Source of the DNA: Verrucomicrobiales bacterium
GTDB taxonomy: Bacteria; Verrucomicrobiota; Verrucomicrobiia; Verrucomicrobiales; Akkermansiaceae
Assembly: GCA_002729295.1 (NCBI GenBank)
Contig: PBTU01000114.1
Coordinates: 1-41,427 of the forward strand
Length of the DNA: 41,427 bases
Reading direction: 5' to 3'
Position numbers and translations under genes: made by a program. The notes below the pieces were generated by a model, which worked only from the letters and a program-made list of their open reading frames with translations, ran no database searches and had not been told where the DNA came from. Below, piece after piece: positions 29,379-38,400 of this stretch (the first letter of the stretch is position 1; the number at the start of each line of letters is the position of its first letter).

Positions 29379-29445
29379 TCTTATTTCCCCAACTTGTTCC
29401 GCGTTCTTGAAGAGTCATTCTGGAGTGGTATGGTCCTTCCCAAGA

Positions 29446-30783
29446 ATGGAGCAGAAATCAGACCCATACGCCCTGGAAGGCGTGAAAAATCGGGCCCCAA
29501 GGCGCTTCCCCTGGTTCACCGTCTTTTTGGGATTGGTGGCTCTGGGCCTGATCGCGGTGGTTTTTTCCCCGGTTCCGGAGAAAGTCCGTCGTAAGGTGGG
29601 ATTGGCGAGGGAAAAGCCCGTTCCCAAGCCTCCTCCGCCGCCTGAGCCAGAGAAGATTATCGTGAAGGAAGAGGTGATCGTGGAGAAGCGGGTGGACGTC
29701 CGGCCTCCTTATTATCAGGTGCAGCCAAATACCTTGATTTCGAAAAGTTCGATGGGAATCGATGTCAAAGCGGTGGTGGAAGAGAAAAAGGGGCTGATTG
29801 CGTCGGCGGAACGGGAGCGGGATGGCAGCTATGAGGCGGAATACACCCTCAAGGTAAATCGCCCCGTGGCTGCGAAGTCATTGATGGAGCTGAAGCTGAT
29901 GAATGCCAATCTGGATAAGATTTTGCCTGGCCTGCCGGAATTGCTGCAGAAGTCGACGGTCTCGCCCTTTTTTAAGAAGCTCTACGACAATAAATTTTCC
30001 CGGCTGAAGCGAAATGCGGGCCGCTTTGACAAGCTCCTGACGAAGCACAATTACTTCGACTGCCAAACCATGCTGGAAATGGAGCATCCCGAATCGAAGC
30101 AGAAGATCTTTCTGATGCAGGGCGATATGGATGTCGTTTCCGATGGCTCCGATGGGGACCGTCTGGCGACGATGTCGGACAAGATTGTTAATTCTTCCAA
30201 TTATCAACCTTCGACGAGCTATGGCTGGTCAAAGCAAGGGACCACGGAGAATCCGCTCATCGCTGGATGGCGCAAGCGTTTGGCTGAAGCCAAAAAGGCA
30301 AACAATGCTGCGGAAGTGACTCGATTGACGGCTGGCATTGAAGACATGAAGCGCCGGAGTTTTCTGATCGCGGATTATGATCCCTTCATCGTGATTCCCA
30401 TTGATGTCATTCAGGATCGTGAAAGCGCTTGGGGGCCAAACGTGGGAGACTACGTGCTTGTGATTTATCAAGAGAAAATCTTCCCGGCGATCGTAGGCGA
30501 TGCAGGGCCGAGTTTTAAGATCGGCGAGGGAAGTCTTCGCATGGCCAAGGCGCTCAACCCCAGAGCTAGTTCCTATAGCCGTCCGGTTTCGGAAGTGAAC
30601 GTGACTTACGTCGTCTTCCCGAGAAGTTCTGGAAAATGGGGGCCGCCGAACTACGACGATTGGCGAAAGGAATGCGAGGAGTTGGTCAAAAAAATTGGCG
30701 GCTTGGGCGAAGGATATTCCCTGGAGCATTGGGAGGATACCTTTCCGAAAAAGGAAGAGATCGACGGGGATATTCCAGAGTGA
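29446..30783 (+). CDS. N-terminally membrane-anchored protein with a GH75 (chitosanase-like) C-terminal domain
   Basis: ATG 29446 gives MEQKSD... followed by the TM segment FPWFTVFLGLVALGLIAVVF and a Pro-rich linker. The C-terminal motifs GDMDVVSDGSDGDR and IFPAIVGDAGPSFKIGEGSLRMAKAL resemble GH75 signature regions (DMDIDCDG and GD.NG..GEASI.LA, recalled from memory). Confidence 0.4.
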   Translation: MEQKSDPYALEGVKNRAPRRFPWFTVFLGLVALGLIAVVFSPVPEKVRRKVGLAREKPVPKPPPPPEPEKIIVKEEVIVEKRVDVRPPYYQVQPNTLISKSSMGIDVKAVVEEKKGLIASAERERDGSYEAEYTLKVNRPVAAKSLMELKLMNANLDKILPGLPELLQKSTVSPFFKKLYDNKFSRLKRNAGRFDKLLTKHNYFDCQTMLEMEHPESKQKIFLMQGDMDVVSDGSDGDRLATMSDKIVNSSNYQPSTSYGWSKQGTTENPLIAGWRKRLAEAKKANNAAEVTRLTAGIEDMKRRSFLIADYDPFIVIPIDVIQDRESAWGPNVGDYVLVIYQEKIFPAIVGDAGPSFKIGEGSLRMAKALNPRASSYSRPVSEVNVTYVVFPRSSGKWGPPNYDDWRKECEELVKKIGGLGEGYSLEHWEDTFPKKEEIDGDIPE

Positions 30784-30784
30784 G

Positions 30785-31606
30785 CTAAGACGGCTGACAA
30801 GTCGGGCACCAGGCCGTGGTGCGGGTGGCGATGGTGTCGCGGGCGAGTTCGCTTTTACATTTCGGGCAGGTGCCGCCTTTTTTCCAGCGATGTTTGAAGA
30901 GCCAGTTTTTAGGCGGGACGTTTTCGACGTAGGAACCGGGCGCAAAGCCGTCTTTTGATGCCGTCATGTTTTTCTCGGCGACATGCTTGAGCGCACCAAG
31001 GGCGACGAAACGGGTTTCTTTCCGAACGGCGGCGGGGTCAAGGTTGTTACAGAGTTCTCCGGGATAGATACCCATGCGCCAGCAAATTTCATCGGCCATC
31101 CAGTTGCCGATGCCGGGGCAGGCGTTTTGGTCGAGGAGGAGCGCTTTGAGGGGCTTGCGCGGGTGCCGCTCGACGAGTTTGCGAACGTGGGCGAGGGAAA
31201 ATTTGGAATCCTGGGGCTGGGGAGGAAATTCCGCCCAAGGATCTACGCAATCGTGGAGCATGATGCGACCGAACATACGGTAGTCGTTGAAGATGAGTGC
31301 CGCCTTTTTGGTGCGGATAATGAGGTGGTCGTGCTTTTGCTCTTCGTGATTGGTCGAAGACGTCGAGAGCTTACCGGACATTCCGAGGTGGACTTCGAGA
31401 TGAAGCTTCGGCGCGAAGGTGAAGAGCATACGCTTGCCGTGGGCTTTTGAGGACAGGAGCTTCTTACCTTTCAAAATACGCAGCGCCGGAGCGGGGCAAT
31501 CACGGAAAATGCGGGCTTTGGGATGAACGTCGACTCCTGAAATGGCTTCTCCTTGGTGTTTGGCCCATTGGCGGCGGGCAAGTTCGACTTCAGCAAGTTC
31601 GGGCAT
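30785..31606 (-). CDS. Fpg/Nei-family DNA glycosylase / AP lyase
   Basis: The N-terminal catalytic MPELAEVE, an H2TH region (LLDQNACPGIGNWMADEICW) and a C-terminal zinc finger (CPKCKSEL...WCPTC) are present. Confidence 0.85.
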   Translation of the reverse strand: MPELAEVELARRQWAKHQGEAISGVDVHPKARIFRDCPAPALRILKGKKLLSSKAHGKRMLFTFAPKLHLEVHLGMSGKLSTSSTNHEEQKHDHLIIRTKKAALIFNDYRMFGRIMLHDCVDPWAEFPPQPQDSKFSLAHVRKLVERHPRKPLKALLLDQNACPGIGNWMADEICWRMGIYPGELCNNLDPAAVRKETRFVALGALKHVAEKNMTASKDGFAPGSYVENVPPKNWLFKHRWKKGGTCPKCKSELARDTIATRTTAWCPTCQPS

Positions 31607-31653
31607 GGCGGAGACTTGTCGATTCAGGTTGATAGGTAAAATGATTTCTCAGG

Positions 31654-32472
31654 ATGTCAGGCGTTCCGTTGGCAATTGGCACGGGATGCGCTAAGAAAGA
31701 AGCCGTGGCGGATAAATCAATGGCTTTGATGGTAGTGAGCGACCTCGATGGGACCTTGCTGGATCACGGTGATTACTCCTTTGATTCGGTGCTGCCCATT
31801 CTGGACCGGATGGATGAAGCGGGGATTTCTCTGGTGGTGAATACCAGTAAAACAAGAGCCGAGTGGCTGGCGTTGCGGGGAGGTTTCGGGAATGAAGACC
31901 CCTTCATCGTCGAAAATGGCTCTGCGCTTTATGATGGCGGAGACTGTGAGGTTTTCGGAACTCCACGGGAGGAGATCCTGAAAACGCTGAAGCCTCTCCG
32001 GGCCAAGTATCGCTTCAAGGGATATTCGGATGCTACAATTGCTGAAATCATGGAGTGGACCGGGCTGGAGCGACAGTCGGCGGAGAGATCTGCGGATCGG
32101 CACTACAGTGAACCACTGGTTTGGCAGGACAGTGAGGAGAATGAAGAAGAGTTTTGTCAGCTGCTGGAAGAACGTGGGCTGACGACTTTGAGGGGAGGGC
32201 GCTTTCTGCATGTGCAGGGCCAGACCGATAAAGGGAAGCCGCTGGCGTATTTCCGAAAAGGCGAGGCGGCCATCATCGCGCTGGGGGATCGTCCCAATGA
32301 TCTCGCGATGCTGAAGGCCGCCGATATTGGAGTGGTAATTGCTTCGCCTGATGGCTTTGTCCTTGAAGCAGAGGATGTTCTGCGAAGCACCGAAACCGGC
32401 CCGCGCGGTTGGGCTGAAGTGATGACCCAAATCTTAGATCAACTGAACATACCACAATTTACCAATGGCTGA
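31654..32472 (+). CDS. HAD-IIB phosphatase of the mannosyl-/glucosyl-3-phosphoglycerate phosphatase (MpgP/YedP) family
   Basis: HAD motif I VVSDLDGTLLDH, motif II VVNTSKT and motif IV ALGDRPNDLAML are present. An alternative start is ATG 31720 (MALMVVSDLDG). The 3' end overlaps the next gene by 8 nt. Confidence 0.7.
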   Translation: MSGVPLAIGTGCAKKEAVADKSMALMVVSDLDGTLLDHGDYSFDSVLPILDRMDEAGISLVVNTSKTRAEWLALRGGFGNEDPFIVENGSALYDGGDCEVFGTPREEILKTLKPLRAKYRFKGYSDATIAEIMEWTGLERQSAERSADRHYSEPLVWQDSEENEEEFCQLLEERGLTTLRGGRFLHVQGQTDKGKPLAYFRKGEAAIIALGDRPNDLAMLKAADIGVVIASPDGFVLEAEDVLRSTETGPRGWAEVMTQILDQLNIPQFTNG

Positions 32473-33685
32473 TTTTCACCAAGGCGGCGCCGTCGCGACA
32501 CTTCATAATTTAACCAATCGAAGCATCGAGGAACTCGAGAGCGAGTTGGTGAAATTTTCAAAACGACGCCCCATGGGGTTGCTCTTACCTTCGCTATTTT
32601 CGGAGCTGGAGACCGATGCCATGCCTCAAATCATTTCCGAGGTGAAGCAGGTTCCCTATCTCAATGAAATTGTCATTGGCTTGGATCGCGCGACCGAGGA
32701 CCAATATCGGGAAGCGTTGAAGTTTTTCAGTGTTCTGCCGCAGCATCATCGGGTCTTGTGGAACGATGGACCACGGTTGCGCCAATTGGATGCCGAGTTG
32801 TCGGAGAAGGGGCTTGCTCCAAGTGAAGAAGGGAAAGGGCGTAACGTTTGGTATTGCCTCGGCTATATGTTGGCCAGCAATCGCGCGGAAGCGATCGCGC
32901 TTCATGATTGCGATATCACTACTTATGATCGCTCTCTGTTGGCTCGCTTGATCTACCCGATGGCAAATCCGCAGTTCAGCTATCAATTTGCGAAAGGATA
33001 CTATCCCCGGGTTGCGAATGGCAGTTTGAATGGCCGGGTGACCCGCTTGTTGGTGACGCCGCTTCTTCGCTCCCTGGAGCAGGTAATTGGGGCCTCCGAT
33101 TACCTTAGGTATATGGACGGCTATCGATATCCTCTCGCCGGAGAATTTTCCTTCAGAAAAGACGTCATCCAAGACATTCGGATGCCCAGTGATTGGGGGT
33201 TGGAAGTGGGAACGCTTTCAGAGATGTATCGGAATTACTCCAACAACAAGCTGTGCCAGGTTGATATTGCCGATCGCTATGATCACAAACATCAGGACAT
33301 TTCTAGCGACGATCAGGAAAAGGGGCTTTCGAAAATGTCGATTGATATCTGTAAATTATTCTTTCGTAAACTGGCGACAATGGGAGTGGTTTTTGATAGG
33401 GGAACTTTTCGTTCCTTGAAGGCTGCCTATTACCGTAATGCCCTCGATTTTGTGGAGCGCTACAAGAATGACGCGTTAATCAATGGTCTCGAATTTGATG
33501 TCCATAAAGAGGAACAATCAGCCGAGCTATTTGCTGAAAATATTATCGCTGCCGGGCAGATCTTTTTGAAGTCACCCATGGAAACGCCGTTCATTCCGAG
33601 CTGGAATCGGGTCGAGAGTGCCATGCCTGATATCTTCGAGCGTTTTCTGGATGCGGTTGAAAAAGATAATAATGAGTTCTCCTAG
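32465..33685 (+). CDS. Glucosyl-3-phosphoglycerate synthase-like glycosyltransferase (GT81-type, ~400-aa form)
   Basis: The N-terminus is MADFHQGGAVATLHNL. The DxD-type centre is IALHDCDITTYDRSLLARLIYPM...FAKGYYPRV. It is translationally coupled to the HAD phosphatase. The donor sugar (glucose versus mannose) cannot be decided by eye. Confidence 0.6.
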   Translation: MADFHQGGAVATLHNLTNRSIEELESELVKFSKRRPMGLLLPSLFSELETDAMPQIISEVKQVPYLNEIVIGLDRATEDQYREALKFFSVLPQHHRVLWNDGPRLRQLDAELSEKGLAPSEEGKGRNVWYCLGYMLASNRAEAIALHDCDITTYDRSLLARLIYPMANPQFSYQFAKGYYPRVANGSLNGRVTRLLVTPLLRSLEQVIGASDYLRYMDGYRYPLAGEFSFRKDVIQDIRMPSDWGLEVGTLSEMYRNYSNNKLCQVDIADRYDHKHQDISSDDQEKGLSKMSIDICKLFFRKLATMGVVFDRGTFRSLKAAYYRNALDFVERYKNDALINGLEFDVHKEEQSAELFAENIIAAGQIFLKSPMETPFIPSWNRVESAMPDIFERFLDAVEKDNNEFS

Positions 33686-35410
33686 ATGATGAGTCCGTTG
33701 GATGCCCTCCTTGGGAGAATTGGAACCCACCTCACCAAAATTTATGGTAAGGGTGACCATTCGATTTTGGTTAACCAGCTTGTGGAGGCAATGCGCTTGC
33801 GGGAGCATTTCTTCGAGCCTACTCCATTTACCAATCATTGGTCTGAGAAGGACGTTGCGCTGATTACCTACGGGAACACCATTCAGAGGCGTGGATTCAA
33901 GCCCTTGGAGGAGTTGATAGAGTTTCTTGATTCGCGGCTGCAGGAGAGACTTTCCATTGTCCATATTCTTCCCTACTTCCCGTGGACTTCCGATGATGGA
34001 TTTGCCGTGTCGGATTACAATTCCGTGAATCCTGAATTAGGTGACTGGTCTCATATCGAGAAAATCTCGGCAAAGTATCGCGTTATGTCGGACCTCGTGG
34101 TCAATCATTGCTCGGCCTCGCATGAATGGTTTGTGCAATTCCAGAACGATGAGGAGCCGGGGATGAATTACTTTTTTCAAGCTGAACCTGAAAACGACTT
34201 GAGTGAAGTGGTTCGACCGAGAACTTCTCCCTTGTTAAGGCCGACAGAAACCCCGTCCGGGACCAAGTATGTCTGGTGCACTTTTGGGCACGATCAAGTC
34301 GACTTGGATTTTTCAAAACCCGACCTTCTCGTGGAGTTGGTCAAGATTATCCGTTCGCATTTGGATCACGGAGTCAGTGTCTTCCGTCTCGATGCAGTTG
34401 CCTTTATTTGGAAAGAGATCGGCACGCGATCCATCAACCTTCCGCAGACTCACGAGCTCATTCGGTTGTTCCGCACCTTGATCGAGCACGTAAAACCGGA
34501 TGCCGTGATCATCACAGAGACCAATATTCCCAATCAGGAGAATTTAGCTTATTTCGGAAACTGCAACGAGGCACACAGCATCTACAATTTTTCGCTTCCG
34601 CCTTTGCTGCTTCATGCCATCACCACCGGGAAGTCCTTTTATCTCAAACAATGGATGATGCGTATGCCTCCCGCGCAGTCCGGAACGACGTATTTTAATT
34701 TCATCGCATCCCACGATGGAATCGGTCTGCGACCGGCAGAGGGACTTCTCTCGGACGAAGAAATCGATAGTCTGGTCGATCTGATGCGCAAGCGTGGCGG
34801 ATTAATTTCGGAAAGGGCATTGGCCGGCGGTGAGAAGCGCCCCTATGAGATAAATATTAGTCTCTTCGATGCGTTGGGGGGGGAAGATGAGTTTTTCTGT
34901 GCCCATACGGTCTTGCTGGCGCTCGAAGGAATCCCAGCTTTATACATCCACAGTTTGTTGGGAACTTTTAACGATTATGAGCGGTATGAAAGAACAAATC
35001 ATAACCGTCACATCAACAGGCATCAGTGGAATGCTGACGAACTTGATTGCTTCCTTAATGATTCTGAATCCCATCACGCGCGAGTGCTGGCGCGAATGTT
35101 GGGATTGATCGAGATTCGCAAATCTCAACCCGCCTTTCATCCCAATGCCACCCAGTTCACTCTGCATTTGGGTGACGAGATCTTTGCGTTCTGGAGGCAA
35201 TCGGTGGATCGGCGGAACAATGTTTTCTGTATCCACAATATTTCCCAATACAAGCAGGAGATCCCGGTTTCGAGCATCAACCTTATTTCCACCGAGGATT
35301 GGATTGATCTCTTGAGCGGAAAAGAGCTGGAAGCGGAAGTCAGTGAAATTGTCTTAGAGCCCTATCAATCGGTCTGGCTGGCCAATCGAAGAAAGCACTT
35401 TCCCTATTAA
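33686..35410 (+). CDS. GH13_18 sucrose-phosphorylase-like glycoside phosphorylase (context suggests glucosylglycerate phosphorylase)
   Basis: GH13 catalytic landmarks are DLVVNH, the nucleophile strand FRLDAVAFIWKE, the acid/base ITETN and ASHDGIG. The ATG directly abuts the stop of the synthase gene. Confidence 0.7.
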   Translation: MMSPLDALLGRIGTHLTKIYGKGDHSILVNQLVEAMRLREHFFEPTPFTNHWSEKDVALITYGNTIQRRGFKPLEELIEFLDSRLQERLSIVHILPYFPWTSDDGFAVSDYNSVNPELGDWSHIEKISAKYRVMSDLVVNHCSASHEWFVQFQNDEEPGMNYFFQAEPENDLSEVVRPRTSPLLRPTETPSGTKYVWCTFGHDQVDLDFSKPDLLVELVKIIRSHLDHGVSVFRLDAVAFIWKEIGTRSINLPQTHELIRLFRTLIEHVKPDAVIITETNIPNQENLAYFGNCNEAHSIYNFSLPPLLLHAITTGKSFYLKQWMMRMPPAQSGTTYFNFIASHDGIGLRPAEGLLSDEEIDSLVDLMRKRGGLISERALAGGEKRPYEINISLFDALGGEDEFFCAHTVLLALEGIPALYIHSLLGTFNDYERYERTNHNRHINRHQWNADELDCFLNDSESHHARVLARMLGLIEIRKSQPAFHPNATQFTLHLGDEIFAFWRQSVDRRNNVFCIHNISQYKQEIPVSSINLISTEDWIDLLSGKELEAEVSEIVLEPYQSVWLANRRKHFPY

Positions 35411-38400
35411 CCTTGGTCCAGTTGCCATACTCCGCGGAAAAACTCCGCTTGTGACTCAATCTCAGGGAGGCTGACACGGATTGTGACTTGGGTTGTTCCT
35501 TCTGACGGATTGTTGTTGCGGGAAACTTCTTCGACTCCGACAGCGAGAGGTGAGAGAGGAGACCAATTCTCGAGATCGCTGGAAAATTCAATTTTGGGAA
35601 TTGCTTGACCGGACTGCAGGGGGACCGCTGAGGTGAATTCCAGTGTGTAGGGATCGGTGGATACGACATCGGTATTGATCAGTGGGGTTGATTGGACGGA
35701 ACGGGGATTGGTTTGGAAATTGAATTCTTTTTCATTGGTAAAACCATCTCCATCTGGATCGGCATCGTTTCCCGAAATGGCTTCATTCTGAAGTTCGGCG
35801 GTCGAGAAGTTGTTTCCCAGCCACACGGCCTTTGTGGGGAAAACCCTCACCGTTGCTTGCGCAGACAATGTGCCGTTCAGCGTCAAGGTGTATGTCGTGT
35901 CGCTCAATGGGGAAACCGCAACGTGCCCAACTCCGTTGATGGAAAGGTTGGTGACTTGACCAATGCCGTTGTCGATCGTCAAGTTTGTGGCTCCTTCCAC
36001 ATTCCATTGCAGAATAGCTGCTTCTCCTGAAATGATGGAAGGTTGCAAGGCCGAGAAAGAATGAATCGCTGCAGGTCCCTCGCTGATGGGGGAAAGGGCT
36101 TCGAGCGATTCCACATTGGCACCGTTGCCATAAGAGATTTCCACCCGATAACTGTCGTTGTTGTCATAGACCGGCAGGCGGATAAGATTCCCGGCAAAGC
36201 GCATCGCGTAGAGGAGCTCGCTGTTGGATTCACTATACACCGCGAGGACGGGAGCGCTTTTCCAGTGGGTTTCAATAACCGGGAGAAATCCGGTAGGGGA
36301 GCGGCCGTCGTTCTCAGCCTGGTGAATCGTGACCGGCCAGTCGGGAAACTGGCTGCCTGTTTGTGGAAACTCCGGATCTGCGTGAACCGGCCAGCATTCA
36401 AATGTGATTTGGCGCGTATCTTTTTTAATGCGAATGATCCCGTATCCTGCACCGCGGTCGTGGAGATTGACGGGGTCGATGTTGCGGGTTTGGTCGTAGT
36501 ATTCGAGTGGGTTGGCCGCGCTGACTATGCGGATGTGACCAGGGTGGTTGGAGGTAATGTTTGGTTGGCCAGTTGGAAGGGTGCCGTTGCCGTCGAGATA
36601 GAAATCTCCTTTGTAAGGACTCACGGTGGCGGTTCGGCCACCACTGTTGTGAACGGGATCCCAAACGCGAGGGAAGAAGTTCGAGATGGCAGGTGAGGCA
36701 AAGGAATAGCCGGCATCGGCCGGGCCATCAACTCCGTGATGAACAAGCGTGCTGAGATGTTGGTCACCTGCCAGCTGGAAGCTCCGTGATTGTCTGAGAA
36801 TTTCCCATACTTCCTCACGTCGATGCTGCGGCCACCCGTGGGCATCCCGATCATTGAGCCCGAAGTTGTATCCTGATGCGGCGTGGGTATGAAGCATTCC
36901 GAAGGGTGACTGTGAGACCACGCACTTAATTTTCTGTCCGTCCCAATCAGTGTTCCAGCCTTTGAGGAAGGCTTTCTGCCGATCTCCGAGAAGAAATTGT
37001 TGATTGAGATCAACCGGGAACCCGTTGGGGCCGGTCTTGAATTTGCGATCTTCCAGAATTGCGAAGCCGACCTCGCCGTAGGTCATGCCGGTGAAGTAGA
37101 CTCCGATTCCTTGTGCGATCAATGGAGCAGGCTGGGTGGTATTGTAGGGATCGGGAAGAGGCATGTGGCGGGTTTGGCAGCGCTCTACAAGACGGACCCA
37201 GGAAGGTGGTTGTTCATAGCCGCCGGTCGTTTGGTTATTTGTAGCGATACCTCCCTCACCCCAGAGGTTACCCTGATAAACGTCGTGATCGTCGGGGATG
37301 GCAATGGTGGGCATGTCTTTCGCCAGATCGCGGGTTTGTAACATCCAGAAAAACCATTTGTAGAGGTAGTCATAGTGACGATTGAAATTTGAGCTGGTGT
37401 CTTTGCTGGTGGGTTGGCCTTCGTAGATCTGGTCCCCGAGTGCAAGGAGAACGTCGCCGCCATGCTTGGCAATGTGATCGTATGTCTGGAGATGAGGATG
37501 CCAGACTTTGACCGGCGACCAGTCCATCGTGTCAGCCTCCACGCTGCCGTCGGAGATGCGTTGGCAGGAGGTGTTGATGACCACGATTTCGTTTTTGTCG
37601 ACCGGGTCTTTTCTAATGGTTCCCTCCCAGTAGTAGGTTTCTCCATCGACTTGAACTCCCACACGGTAGTCAGTTTTGCGGGTGTCGTTCCACGAGGGGA
37701 TTTCGAAAGTAGCGGTGTAGGAAGAGAGACTGTCGGTGTTGTCGATGGGAGCATTGGCGATTTCGTTCCAGTTCGTTCCGTTGAATATTTCCAGCGTGGG
37801 GTTTGGTGTGGTCGCAAGATCGACGGGAGCGAGTTGAGCAGTTAGTCTCAAGGTTCGATCATGCAGAGTGTGCATTGCTCCAATGATGGCGAGATTGTGT
37901 TCGGGTTCGGGCTGCAAGGCGTCTCCGGCTCCGCTGAAGTTGTCGAACCAGAAACTGGTGCCGCTCGTGCTGCGATTGGACATGAGTCCGAACGATCCGA
38001 GGATGCGGTCGGAGGGGACTTCGGTAGAGGCTCGGGAAATGAGGTTTCCAGTGACGCCGAGGGAGCTGATGGTGAGAGTGTAGGTTCCGGGTCCAGGATT
38101 GTAGCTGCCGATCAAGTTGATTCTGGCAGCGGAGGGAAATCCTCCGGCTTGATTGGCTCCGGAGGCGACGAGAGTAGTTGTGCCTTCTGACATGTCTTCA
38201 ATGATGGCGGAACCATTATTGTTGACACCAAGGAAGGTTCCAAAGTCGCGGCCGAGGCCGTCGTGGACCAGGAGAGAGCCTTTCCAATCGAGGTTGGGAC
38301 CGGCGCCGATGAGAAAGCCGGAGCGGGCATTGGTTCCAATCGTTCCGGCGTGAATTCCAGTTTGAACGGACAGCGCAAACGCGCCGCCGTTGCCGCGGAT

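Noticed and set aside
29254-29445. Upstream extension of the GH75-like ORF, overlapping the last 125 nt of the sulfatase gene.
   Set aside because: The extension is Arg/Trp/Cys-rich and looks like out-of-frame sulfatase sequence. ATG 29446 is followed by a sensible cytoplasmic tail and TM helix.
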